Positions 25,691-36,835 of a stretch of DNA of 58,214 nt are shown in pieces (the first letter of the stretch is position 1; each line of letters begins with the position of its first letter). The DNA lies in NCBI GenBank assembly GCA_039588075.1, contig JBDHAL010000011.1:1-58214 (forward strand), in the 5' to 3' direction. The translations under genes were made by a program, and so were the position numbers. The DNA is from Gemmatimonadota bacterium. GTDB taxonomy: Bacteria > Gemmatimonadota > Gemmatimonadetes > Palauibacterales > KS3-K002. The notes beneath the pieces were generated by a model. It ran no database searches, was not told the DNA's origin, and was given only the letters and a program-made list of their open reading frames with translations.

Positions 25691-26794
25691 ATGGACCGAC
25701 GGACCTTCCTGAAGGGCGCGACCGCATCAGCGGTGGCTCTCAATCTGACGCCTCATGGTTCGGCGCTGGGTGAGGAGGCCGCGGGCCGACCCCACGTGAG
25801 TAGCCCCAATCCCGAGGCGCTCATCATGGACGCCATGGGCGAGCTGCGTCCGATCTACGAGCCGCCCCTCGTCCGGGAGATGCTGGCCAGCGGTATGGAC
25901 TCGATCACCGTGACGCTCTGTGATCCGAAGGCCGAGGGCGCGGAGGCCTTGGAGCTGGCCGTGGACGGGCTGTTGGAGTACGACCGTTACCTGGCCGCGC
26001 ACCCCGACCTGTTCGTGAAGGCCACCTCCGTAGCCGATGTCGATGCGGCGCGCGTCTCAGGACGGATGGCCGTGTTCTACCTCTACCAGAACGCGACCCA
26101 GTTCGACGATGACCTGGACCGGGTCGAGATGTTCTACAGGCTGGGGCTGACTAGCTGCCAGCTCACGTACAACGAGAGAAACCTCGTCGGCGTGGGGTGC
26201 CGCGCTGAAGGTGACGACGGCGGCCTCACCGATTACGGGCGCCAGCTGATCGATCGGATGAACGGCATCGGTATGCTCATCGATCTGTCGCACGCGAACA
26301 TGCGGACGATGGCGGAGGCGATCAAGCACTCACCTGCGCCGGCGATCATCTCGCATACCGGCTGCGACGCCGTGCACCCGCACGTACGGAACACGACGGA
26401 CGCGAACTTGCGGCTGCTCGCCGACCACGGTGGCCTCGTCGGTGTTTGCCAGCTGCGTCCCTTCCTGACATTCAAGAAGAAGGAAAACCTGCACGCTTAC
26501 TTCGACCACGTCGACCACGCGGTCAACGTCGCCGGCATCGACCACGTGTGCATCGGGAGCGACCGGGACCACAGGGTCATCGAGATGACTCCCGAGTACG
26601 AGGCGGAGCTCCGAGCCGAAGAGGGAGCCCAGGTTGTCAGCCACGAGCTGCCCTACTTCATCGACGAACTGAACGGACCACGGCGTATGGAGGTGGTGTG
26701 GGACGGGCTAGAGGCCCGCGGCTACTCGGAGTCCGAGGTCGAGAAGATCATGGGTGTGAACCTCTATCGCCTCTACGGGGAGGTGATCGGTTAG
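25691..26794 (+). CDS. membrane dipeptidase (peptidase M19) homologue with Tat-type signal
   Basis: The N-terminus MDRRTFLKGATASAVAL is a twin-arginine-like leader. M19-like blocks: IDLSHANMRTMAEAI..SPAPAIISHTG, HVRNTTDANLRLLADHGGLVGV and GIDHVCIGSDRDH. Confidence 0.8.
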   Translation: MDRRTFLKGATASAVALNLTPHGSALGEEAAGRPHVSSPNPEALIMDAMGELRPIYEPPLVREMLASGMDSITVTLCDPKAEGAEALELAVDGLLEYDRYLAAHPDLFVKATSVADVDAARVSGRMAVFYLYQNATQFDDDLDRVEMFYRLGLTSCQLTYNERNLVGVGCRAEGDDGGLTDYGRQLIDRMNGIGMLIDLSHANMRTMAEAIKHSPAPAIISHTGCDAVHPHVRNTTDANLRLLADHGGLVGVCQLRPFLTFKKKENLHAYFDHVDHAVNVAGIDHVCIGSDRDHRVIEMTPEYEAELRAEEGAQVVSHELPYFIDELNGPRRMEVVWDGLEARGYSESEVEKIMGVNLYRLYGEVIG

Positions 26795-26939
26795 CTGTTG
26801 TTACGCCGCCTCACCGCTTACGGCGGCGAGCCCTACGGGACCCAACAATGCAGGCCAGCTGGGAGACAGGACCGTGAGGCTCACTGGCCGACGGCGTCGG
26901 CCACAAGGGTGGACACTGAGCCCTCTTTGAAAGGCAGAG

Positions 26940-27013
26940 AGCGGGAGACGGGACTCGAACCCGCGACCCTCAGCTTGGAAGGCTGATGCTCTGGCCAACT
27001 GAGCTACTCCCGC
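26940..27013 (-). tRNA. tRNA-Gly (anticodon UCC)
   Basis: The reverse complement reads GCGGGAGTAGCTCAGTTGGCCAGAGCATCAGCCTTCCAAGCTGAGGGTCGCGGGTTCGAGTCCCGTCTCCCGCT. It has a 7-bp acceptor, anticodon loop CUUCCAA, and a GTTCGAGTC T-arm. CCA is not encoded. Confidence 0.9.
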
Positions 27014-27046
27014 TTCTTTGGGCAGGCTTGGCTGCCCGGGCAGGCA

Positions 27047-27144
27047 GGTAACCGGTAATCGGTGACCGGTAACACCTGACCCATCGTCGGCGGCCGGTGG
27101 CCGGTCGGGAAGGTGCCGTTACCGATCACCGGTTACCGCTTACC
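27047..27144. repeat. family-B heptamer arrays in inverted orientation (palindromic spacer element between tRNA-Gly and tRNA-Val)
   Basis: GGTAACCGGTAATCGGTGACCGGTAAC, about 45 nt, then GTTACCGATCACCGGTTACCGCTTACC. Confidence 0.7.
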
Positions 27145-27149
27145 AAACA

Positions 27150-27223
27150 TGGGGCGGGAGGGACTCGAACCCCCGACTTCTGCGATGTGAACGCAGCGCT
27201 CTAACCAACTGAGCTACCGCCCC
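27150..27223 (-). tRNA. tRNA-Val (anticodon CAC)
   Basis: The reverse complement reads GGGGCGGTAGCTCAGTTGGTTAGAGCGCTGCGTTCACATCGCAGAAGTCGGGGGTTCGAGTCCCTCCCGCCCCA. The anticodon loop is UUCACAU. CCA is not encoded. Confidence 0.9.
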
Positions 27224-27278
27224 GCCGGATGTATCGAAACACATCAATTGTCCCGTTTCGATACACCTTCCTGCCGAA

Positions 27279-27351
27279 AGCGGGAGACGGGTCTCGAACC
27301 CGCGACCTCGAGCTTGGGAAGCTCGCGCTCTACCAGCTGAGCTACTCCCGC
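27279..27351 (-). tRNA. tRNA-Gly (anticodon CCC)
   Basis: The reverse complement reads GCGGGAGTAGCTCAGCTGGTAGAGCGCGAGCTTCCCAAGCTCGAGGTCGCGGGTTCGAGACCCGTCTCCCGCT. The anticodon loop is UUCCCAA. Confidence 0.9.
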
Positions 27352-27420
27352 GTTCTTTCAAAGTGCTCCGGCGCCGCCCGCGTGACAAGTGCTTCGACAA
27401 GCGGTCGTGCCGGTTGGAAA

Positions 27421-27490
27421 GGTAACCGGTAATCGGTGATCGGTAATCGGTAACGGCCCGGATCCACCGGTTACCGGTCACCGGTTACCG
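27421..27490. repeat. family-B heptamer hairpin element (core GGCCCGGATCCACC)
   Basis: GGTAACCGGTAATCGGTGATCGGTAATCGGTAAC, then GGCCCGGATCC, then ACCGGTTACCGGTCACCGGTTACCG. Ends 7 nt before the tRNA-Cys 3' end. Confidence 0.75.
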
Positions 27491-27496
27491 AAACAG

Positions 27497-27567
27497 AGGT
27501 GCCGGGAGGAATTGAACCTCCGTAAGAGGCTTTGCAGGCCTCCGCCTAGCCACTCGGCCACGGCACC
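27497..27567 (-). tRNA. tRNA-Cys (anticodon GCA)
   Basis: The reverse complement reads GGTGCCGTGGCCGAGTGGCTAGGCGGAGGCCTGCAAAGCCTCTTACGGAGGTTCAATTCCTCCCGGCACCT. The anticodon loop is CUGCAAA and the discriminator is U. Confidence 0.9.
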
Positions 27568-27577
27568 GGGGTGGGGG

Positions 27578-27606
27578 AATTAATTCGGTGTGTTTGCTTT
27601 GGTCAA
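27578..27606 (-). promoter_or_regulatory. candidate sigma70-type promoter for tRNA-Cys (and possibly the cluster)
   Basis: On the minus strand, TTGACC, a 17-nt spacer, then TTAATT. The -10 ends about 10 nt upstream of the tRNA-Cys 5' end. Confidence 0.35.
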
Positions 27607-27643
27607 GCGTTTTGCGGCGGCAGCGTCCTGCAGCGTCAGGGCA

Positions 27644-27724
27644 GGTAAGCGGTAATCGGTGACCGGTAACCGGTGGATCCGGGCCGTTACTGGTCACCGG
27701 TCACCGGTTACCGGTTACCGTACC
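27644..27724. repeat. family-B heptamer hairpin element, inverted copy of 27421-27490
   Basis: GGTAAGCGGTAATCGGTGACCGGTAACCGGT, then GGATCCGGGCC, then GTTACTGGTCACCGGTCACCGGTTACCGGTTACCGTACC. Its core is the reverse complement of the 27421-27490 core. Confidence 0.75.
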
Positions 27725-28486
27725 AAGGGGAAGAACGTGCCGACCGAAGTTACCTGCGCTGGGATCCGAGACGACGACTTCAAGCTCCAGGTTCTTCCCG
27801 GCGGCACTGCGCGGAACCGGCACCCGGCCTTTGAACATGTTCGTCTGGCCGGCGTACTCGAGCTGGGACCGGGAGACGACCTTTCCGTCCGCCATGAGGT
27901 GGGCCATGACCTGCTTCGTGTTGGCGTCCCACATGCCGCCGGGCTCGATGGAGCAGCCGCACATCATACGAACTCGCACCCTCACGTCGATGGAGCCTTC
28001 GACCGGGGTCATCGGATCGGGATCCTCGATCTCGACTATGAAGCCGTAGAGCTCGAGGATGACGCCGTCGCCGACGATGTCGCTGCCGGGGACGAGAAGC
28101 ATCTGCCGAGTGGCCGAGCGGGTGGCCTGCGGATAGCCCAGCGGGCCCACCGCCGAGATGTTGACAACGGTCGGCTCGCTGAGCTGTAGGTCGGCCACGA
28201 AACCGGCGGCGCCCTCCGTGTCGTAGACGGTCATGTCCCGGGCGTGGGGCGTGGACATGATGAGATTGGTGTTCCCCGTACCGCCCTCGTGCACCCCGCT
28301 CGCCAGGATCTCGCCGGTCTCCGCGTTCACGATCGTCACCTCGGCCCCGCCAACGCCGCTCCCGATGATCTTGGCGTCCCGCGCCACCACGCGGACGACC
28401 ACGCGAGTCGTGACCGCTTCCTCCTGTGCCGCTCCGGCCGCCGCCCCCAACGCCACCAACGCAATGAGCATAGCCCCAGCGCGCAT
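27701..28486 (-). CDS. hypothetical secreted protein (261 aa)
   Basis: Signal-peptide-like N-terminus MRAGAMLIALVALGAAAGAAQ. Coding-like composition and no family recognised. The last residues (VTGNR) and the stop codon lie inside the heptamer array. Confidence 0.6.
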   Translation of the reverse strand: MRAGAMLIALVALGAAAGAAQEEAVTTRVVVRVVARDAKIIGSGVGGAEVTIVNAETGEILASGVHEGGTGNTNLIMSTPHARDMTVYDTEGAAGFVADLQLSEPTVVNISAVGPLGYPQATRSATRQMLLVPGSDIVGDGVILELYGFIVEIEDPDPMTPVEGSIDVRVRVRMMCGCSIEPGGMWDANTKQVMAHLMADGKVVSRSQLEYAGQTNMFKGRVPVPRSAAGKNLELEVVVSDPSAGNFGRHVLPLGTVTGNR

Positions 28487-28504
28487 CGTCGCCCCTCCGT
28501 TTCC

Positions 28505-28570
28505 ACCGGTTACCGATTACCGGTCACCGGTTACCATCAGTTACCGGTCACCGGTCACCATCTGTTACCA
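28505..28570. repeat. family-B heptamer array
   Basis: ACCGGTTACCGATTACCGGTCACCGGTTACCATCAGTTACCGGTCACCGGTCACCATCTGTTACCA. Overlaps the fabH stop codon at 28565-28567. Confidence 0.65.
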
Positions 28571-29560
28571 TCTTATAAGAGCGGCTCCCCAGGTGAAGCC
28601 GGAACCGAACGCCGTTAGACAGACGAGATCTCCGCGACTAATCCGCCCGTCCTCCAGCGCTTCATGCAGGGCGATCGGGATGCTCGCCGCGGTGGTGTTG
28701 CCGTACTTGTGGATGTTGCTGACCACTTTCTCGTCGGGCAGCCCCAGCTGCTTCTGAACCGCCTGCGTGATCCTCAGGTTCGCCTGGTGCGGAATCACCA
28801 GATCGATGTCAGACAGCTCGAGGCCGTTGGCCTCCAGCGCCTCCTTCACGGCCTGAGGCATCCGAACGGCGGCGTGCTTGAACACCTCACGCCCTTCCAT
28901 GTACGGTCGCGTTAGACCCTTCTCGATTTGCTCCGGCACCAACCACGGGTTGTAGCGGGAGCCCGGCGCCTCCATCCACAACTTCTCGGCGTGCTTGCCG
29001 TCCGCATGGATGTGAACCGACAACACACCGCGATCCCCGTCCTCTCCCGGCCCAAGGATCACCGCCCCCGCCCCATCCCCGAACAGCACCGCCGTGTCGC
29101 GCCCGTCGTTCGTCTTCTCCAACCCCGTCGACTGCACCTCCGTGCCCACCAGCAAGACCCGTCGGTACATCCCCGTCCGGATCCAGGCGTCGGCTATCGA
29201 CAGCCCGTAGATGAACCCGCTACACTGGTTCCGAACGTCCAGGCACGGGATGTTCTTGATCCCCAGCTTGCGCTGCAGAAACACCCCAGACCCCGGGAAG
29301 TACACATCCGGGGACAGCGTCGCCACGATCAGGCAATCCAGCTCCGACGCCTCCATCTCCGCCGCCTCCAGGGCCCGCTCAGCCGCCAGCTGCGCCAGGT
29401 CCGAGCTCCCGACTCCCTCATCGACCCACCGCCGCTCCTCTATCCCGGAGCGCTGGCGGATCCATTCGTCACTCGTCTCCATCCACTGCTCGAGATCATG
29501 GTTGGTTATCACACGTTCGGGCACGTAATAACCTGTCGAAATCACCTGTGTACGTAGCAT
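28565..29560 (-). CDS. fabH: 3-oxoacyl-ACP synthase III (KAS III)
   Basis: The N-terminus MLRTQVISTGYYVPERVITNHDLEQWMETSDEWIRQRSGIEERRW, the QCSGFIYGL active-site Cys block, the HQANLRI and GNTTAASIP motifs, and the 331-aa length are all typical of FabH. Confidence 0.9.
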   Translation of the reverse strand: MLRTQVISTGYYVPERVITNHDLEQWMETSDEWIRQRSGIEERRWVDEGVGSSDLAQLAAERALEAAEMEASELDCLIVATLSPDVYFPGSGVFLQRKLGIKNIPCLDVRNQCSGFIYGLSIADAWIRTGMYRRVLLVGTEVQSTGLEKTNDGRDTAVLFGDGAGAVILGPGEDGDRGVLSVHIHADGKHAEKLWMEAPGSRYNPWLVPEQIEKGLTRPYMEGREVFKHAAVRMPQAVKEALEANGLELSDIDLVIPHQANLRITQAVQKQLGLPDEKVVSNIHKYGNTTAASIPIALHEALEDGRISRGDLVCLTAFGSGFTWGAALIRW

Positions 29561-29666
29561 AAATTACGTGTTTGAGTTACGTCGCGCTCCGGTCTCTCGA
29601 CTGGACCGCGCGGATGTGATAATCTACGGCGTTCCTGACGTCTTGACGACGGGGAGGAGGGACCAG

Positions 29667-30635
29667 TTGGCGAAGCGGAAGGCTGCCACACAGACGAAGA
29701 AGAGCCGGAGCGGGGGCAAGCGAGTCAAAGCGGAGCCCACGCTACGGGAGCAGCAGGACGCGGTGGACCGGGCGCGAGATTGGCTTTCGGAGCATCGGGA
29801 CTACTACGGATACCTGAGCCGGCAGAGCGGGGCGCGGGGCGCGCCTGAACTGGCGCGGCACCTACGTGGCGACATGCAGGCAAAGCAGGGTCGGGACGGG
29901 AGCTGGGCGGAGGGCGACCTGGCGGAGTCGACAGAAGCGTTGTGGCGCCTGCTGGACCTGGGGATGGCAGCGGATGGGCCGGCGATAGTGCGTGGACTGG
30001 ATTGGCTGTACGAGCAGCGGGAGGTGGAAGGCGCGTACGGTGGTGGGTGCACGCCGGGCCGACACGAGCAGCGGATGTGCGAGCACTTCATAAGCGGTCT
30101 ATTCAGTCCAGGTCCTGAGGACGAGCCGCAGGAGATCACGCTGGCGAACGGACAGACGGTGACATCGGATGCCGGGGCGCGGCTGTTGGCATCGGAGCGA
30201 GCGCTGCGACTGGCGCTGCGGGCAAACGCGGGAGACGCGAGGGTAGTGGCGTCGGTGTCCGGGCTGCGGGGATTGCCGTTGTACCTGGAGTACGGTGGTG
30301 GCTTCACCCCGGCGGTGCTGGTGGGAGCGATTCAAGCGCTGGCCTGGACGCCGGGCACGCACTGCAGCGAGTTGGAAGCGGGTCTCGAGGCGCTGGCGGA
30401 TGAGCAGGGGAAGGATGGAAACTGGCCTAACGTGGAATTCTTCTTCGTGCTCGAGACGTTGTTGGAGGTGAAGCATCCTCTGGCGCGGCAGATGCTTGCG
30501 AAGGCGGTGCCGCGGTTGCTGGAGGGCCAGCACAAATACGGGGCTTGGGGCCGGCACTATCAGGCGGCGCAGACCTGGATCGGGCTGCTGGTGCTGGAAC
30601 ACGCTCTGGAGCGAATGAAAGCGGGCAAAAGGTAG
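29667..30635 (+). CDS. prenyltransferase/squalene-oxidase-repeat-like (alpha/alpha toroid) protein
   Basis: The preferred start is TTG at 29667, with SD GGAGGAGG 6 nt upstream. The track ORF begins at 29568, only 8 nt from the fabH start. Repeated Q-x-x-DG-x-W motifs (QGRDGSWAE, QGKDGNWPN, QHKYGAWG) are present. Confidence 0.5.
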   Translation: MAKRKAATQTKKSRSGGKRVKAEPTLREQQDAVDRARDWLSEHRDYYGYLSRQSGARGAPELARHLRGDMQAKQGRDGSWAEGDLAESTEALWRLLDLGMAADGPAIVRGLDWLYEQREVEGAYGGGCTPGRHEQRMCEHFISGLFSPGPEDEPQEITLANGQTVTSDAGARLLASERALRLALRANAGDARVVASVSGLRGLPLYLEYGGGFTPAVLVGAIQALAWTPGTHCSELEAGLEALADEQGKDGNWPNVEFFFVLETLLEVKHPLARQMLAKAVPRLLEGQHKYGAWGRHYQAAQTWIGLLVLEHALERMKAGKR

Positions 30636-30731
30636 CGCGTCGCGCCTGATACCGCCCTTGACGCCTACTTACCCTGTTCTTAGTCTCAGCCGCAACCTCA
30701 AAGCGCCTGCAAACGGGCATCGGCCGGGAGA

Positions 30732-31445
30732 ATGATGCGCACCCGTCGGAGAACGTTCACAATCAGCGTGGTTGGTCTCGCCGGCTTGGCGGTCATCGCG
30801 ATCGCCATTCAGGCGCAGCGCCTGCGCGCCGGAGCGCCGGCGATAGCCGCGGCCGCCGCCGTTCAGGACGCCGCGTTCTCCATCGACCCCGACACCATGG
30901 TGGGATGGAACGAGGGTCCGGCGCAGCCGGTCTTCTTCAGCCACCGGCGCCACGCGGGTGTCTACGAAATCCAGTGCCTGTACTGTCACAGCAATACGGA
31001 CCTGTCCCCGATTGCGTCGATGCCGCCGCTGGAGGTCTGCCTCGGCTGTCACCGGGTCGTGCAGGGCGGCAGCTCGGAGATCGCGAAGCTCCGCGGCTAC
31101 GAGCAGCAGGGCGAGGCGATACCCTGGGAGCGGATCTACAAGCTGGCGGACTTCGTTCAGTTCAACCACGGGCGCCATATCCTGGCCGAACTGGAGTGCG
31201 AGGAGTGCCACGGCAAGGTGGAGGAGACGGATGTCCTCTACCAGTGGTCATCGATGACGATGGGCTGGTGCCTGGAGTGCCACCGGGAGCCGGGCGAGGA
31301 CGAAGCGAAGCTGGCGGAAGCCCACGCGAACGCCGAGCGGTTCACAGAGGAGGGGCGGGAGTCGCCCGGGCTTTATCCCAAGTCGATCGACTCGGACTAC
31401 GGCGTCACCAAAGGTCCCATCGACTGCGCTGCATGTCACTACTGA
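30732..31445 (+). CDS. actA: Alternative Complex III subunit ActA, pentahaem cytochrome c
   Basis: N-terminal TM anchor. Five CxxCH motifs (CLYCH, CLGCH, CEECH, CLECH, CAACH). Located immediately upstream of actB-F. Confidence 0.8.
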   Translation: MMRTRRRTFTISVVGLAGLAVIAIAIQAQRLRAGAPAIAAAAAVQDAAFSIDPDTMVGWNEGPAQPVFFSHRRHAGVYEIQCLYCHSNTDLSPIASMPPLEVCLGCHRVVQGGSSEIAKLRGYEQQGEAIPWERIYKLADFVQFNHGRHILAELECEECHGKVEETDVLYQWSSMTMGWCLECHREPGEDEAKLAEAHANAERFTEEGRESPGLYPKSIDSDYGVTKGPIDCAACHY

Positions 31446-31475
31446 AGAAGGTGCGTCCCATAGGGAGCGTAATAG

Positions 31476-34407
<2,932 letters not shown>

Positions 34408-35781
34408 ATGGCTTCGGTCGCACCGCCGGCGCGATCACCATTCGCGAAAGTCAGCCGCGACATCATCGGCGCGCTGTGGGAGCCCGACTGGCGCTACCAC
34501 GTGATGATGGTCGCCCTGCTGGCGATCCTGGGCTGGGCCGGTTTCGCCTGGATCTACCAGATCAAGGTCGGTATGGGTGCGGCCGGCATCAACCACCCGG
34601 TGATGTGGGGCGTCTATATCACCAACTTCGTCTTCTGGGTCGGCATCGCCCACTCCGGCACCCTGATCTCGGCCATCCTCTACTTGCTCCGATCGGGCTG
34701 GCGGACGACGATCAACCGGGCCGCCGAGGCGATGACGATCTTCGCCGTCATGACCGCCGGCCTTTTCCCGATCATCCACCTGGGCCGGATCTGGTACTTC
34801 TACTTCCTGGCGCCCTACCCGAATCAGCGGTTGCTCTGGCCGAACTTCAGATCGCCGCTGATCTGGGACTTCTTCGCGATCAGCACCTACTTCACCATCA
34901 GCCTGCTGTTCTGGTACTCGGGACTGATCCCGGACGTCGCGGCGATCCGCGACAAGATGAAGGGGCTGACGGGACGCGCCGCACGGCTCAAAGAGAAGAT
35001 CTACGGCGCCCTCGCGCTGGGCTGGCAGGGTAGCGACAGGCAGTGGAAGAACTACCGGCGCGCCTACCTCTACATGGCGGCGATCGCGACCCCGCTGGTG
35101 CTATCGGTGCACAGCGTGGTGTCGTGGGACTTCGCCATGGCCATCACGCCGGGTTGGCACTCGACGATCTTCGCGCCCTACTTCGTCGCCGGCGCGATCT
35201 TCTCCGGGATCGCCATGGTGATCACGCTGTCGGTCCCCTTCCGCTGGGCGCTGGGCCTGGAGGACTACATCAACGAGTACCACTACGACAACATGGGCAA
35301 GCTGTTGCTGCTCACGTCGCTGATCGTAGGGTACGCGTACGTCACCGAGTACTTCATGGCGTGGTTCTCCGGCGACGCGATGGAGTGGGAGAGCTTCCGC
35401 TGGCGAGCCCTGGGAGCCTACGCGGGTCCGTTCGTCATCATGTTCATCTGCAACGTTCTCATTCCGCTGCTCTGTTTCTGGCGAAAGATCCGGCGCAGCA
35501 TCAAAGCGATGTTCGTGATATCGATCTTCGTGAACATCGGGATGTGGTACGAGCGATTCGTGATCATCGTGTCGGCGCTGGCCCACGAGTACGAACCGGG
35601 CGCCTGGGGTCTCTACAAGCCAAGCTGGGTGGAACTCTCGATCACGCTCGGCAGCTTCGCCTGGTTCTTGTTCTGGTTCATGCTGTTCGCCAAGGTGTTG
35701 CCGGCCATCTCGATCACCGAGGTCAAGGAATCGATCGCCGAAGGCGTCTGGAGCCCCGGCGACAAGAAGGAAGACTCCTAG
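34408..35781 (+). CDS. actC: Alternative Complex III subunit ActC (NrfD/PsrC-like membrane quinol-interacting subunit)
   Basis: 457-aa polytopic protein. NrfD-like N-terminal region (WGVYITNFVFWVGIAHSGTLISAILYL). ATG directly follows the actB stop. Confidence 0.85.
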   Translation: MASVAPPARSPFAKVSRDIIGALWEPDWRYHVMMVALLAILGWAGFAWIYQIKVGMGAAGINHPVMWGVYITNFVFWVGIAHSGTLISAILYLLRSGWRTTINRAAEAMTIFAVMTAGLFPIIHLGRIWYFYFLAPYPNQRLLWPNFRSPLIWDFFAISTYFTISLLFWYSGLIPDVAAIRDKMKGLTGRAARLKEKIYGALALGWQGSDRQWKNYRRAYLYMAAIATPLVLSVHSVVSWDFAMAITPGWHSTIFAPYFVAGAIFSGIAMVITLSVPFRWALGLEDYINEYHYDNMGKLLLLTSLIVGYAYVTEYFMAWFSGDAMEWESFRWRALGAYAGPFVIMFICNVLIPLLCFWRKIRRSIKAMFVISIFVNIGMWYERFVIIVSALAHEYEPGAWGLYKPSWVELSITLGSFAWFLFWFMLFAKVLPAISITEVKESIAEGVWSPGDKKEDS

Positions 35782-36291
35782 ATGTCAGCGCTGACGGCTG
35801 TAACGGCGATATTCGACGATATCCACGCTGTGGTGGGTGCCGTGCGCTCGATCCGCGAGGAGGACTGCAAGGAGGTGCAGGTCTTCGGTCCGATCATGGA
35901 GACGGAGTTGGAAGACGCGATCGGGAAGCCGCCCAGCCCGGTACGCCGGTACGCTCTCATAGGTGGCCTGGCCGGCTGCATATCCGGATTCGCGATCACG
36001 ATCTGGTCCTCCTACTACTACCCGCTGGTCGTCGGCGGCAAGCCACTCGCGTCGATTCCGGCCTATGTCATCATCGGGTTCGAGATGACCATCTTGTTCG
36101 CCGGTATATCGGCGCTGATCGGCATGTTGATACATAGCCGGATGCCGACCACAAAACTCAGCCGGGCATACCAGGCGAGCTTCAGCGACGACGAATTCGG
36201 CGTTCGCGTGATCTGCGACTCGAGCAGCTCGGCAAAGATCCAGGATCTTCTTAGTAGCTACGGTCCCGGCGAGGTGCGCGTTGAAGAGTGA
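35782..36291 (+). CDS. actD: Alternative Complex III subunit ActD (DUF3341)
   Basis: 169 aa: a soluble N-terminal half followed by two TM helices. It occupies the canonical position between actC and actE. Confidence 0.7.
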   Translation: MSALTAVTAIFDDIHAVVGAVRSIREEDCKEVQVFGPIMETELEDAIGKPPSPVRRYALIGGLAGCISGFAITIWSSYYYPLVVGGKPLASIPAYVIIGFEMTILFAGISALIGMLIHSRMPTTKLSRAYQASFSDDEFGVRVICDSSSSAKIQDLLSSYGPGEVRVEE

Positions 36292-36835
36292 ACGAGTAAG
36301 AGCGGCAACCTCCGCGCTGGCTTGTCTTGTCCTGGCCTACGGGCTGGCGGGATGCCAGGGCACGGAGATCGAGGATGCCATAAGCAAGGTCTCGTGGTTC
36401 AACACGATGCGAGACCAGCCGGCGGTCGAACCTTACGAGGAGGCGGCACGCATGCCGCCGGAGGGCACGGTGGCTTTCGAGGCCGGCGTCCCGCTCGGCA
36501 CCTTGCCCGACGATTACGTCGACGTGCCGAACCCGGTGCCGACCAGCGCGGAGTCGCTGGAGATCGGCAAGGCGCGGTACGACATCTACTGCGACGTCTG
36601 TCACGGCCCCGAAGGGCGCGGCGGCGGCAGCGTCGAGGGCCCGTTCCCGCGCGGCTTGATCAACACGCTGGATACGCAGCGGGCGCGGAACCTGAGCGAC
36701 GGCTACCTGTTCGGCATAATCTCCGCGGGACGCGGCCTGATGCCGAACTACCGGCGCATGCCCCAGGTAGAACGCTGGCACATAGTCAACTACATCCGCC
36801 AGCTCCAGCAGAGCTCACCCGAGGGTGACGGTTAA
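36281..36835 (+). CDS. actE: Alternative Complex III subunit ActE, monohaem cytochrome c lipoprotein
   Basis: Lipobox LAGCQG. A single CDVCHG haem motif. The MPNY segment is likely the distal Met region. Confidence 0.75.
   Translation: MKSERVRAATSALACLVLAYGLAGCQGTEIEDAISKVSWFNTMRDQPAVEPYEEAARMPPEGTVAFEAGVPLGTLPDDYVDVPNPVPTSAESLEIGKARYDIYCDVCHGPEGRGGGSVEGPFPRGLINTLDTQRARNLSDGYLFGIISAGRGLMPNYRRMPQVERWHIVNYIRQLQQSSPEGDG

Noticed and set aside
26795-27724. tRNA cluster as an integration hotspot or genomic-island boundary
   Set aside because: There is no integrase, no phage or conjugation genes, and no duplicated tRNA 3' fragment (att-like direct repeat) on either side.
26801-28189. ORFs overlapping the tRNA cluster and heptamer arrays (26801-26998, 27140-27481, 27229-27432, 27485-27697, 27659-28189)
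   Set aside because: They read through tRNA genes or tandem heptamers, giving periodic VTGNR/PVTGY peptides. They are artefacts of repeats in a stop-poor GC-rich sequence.
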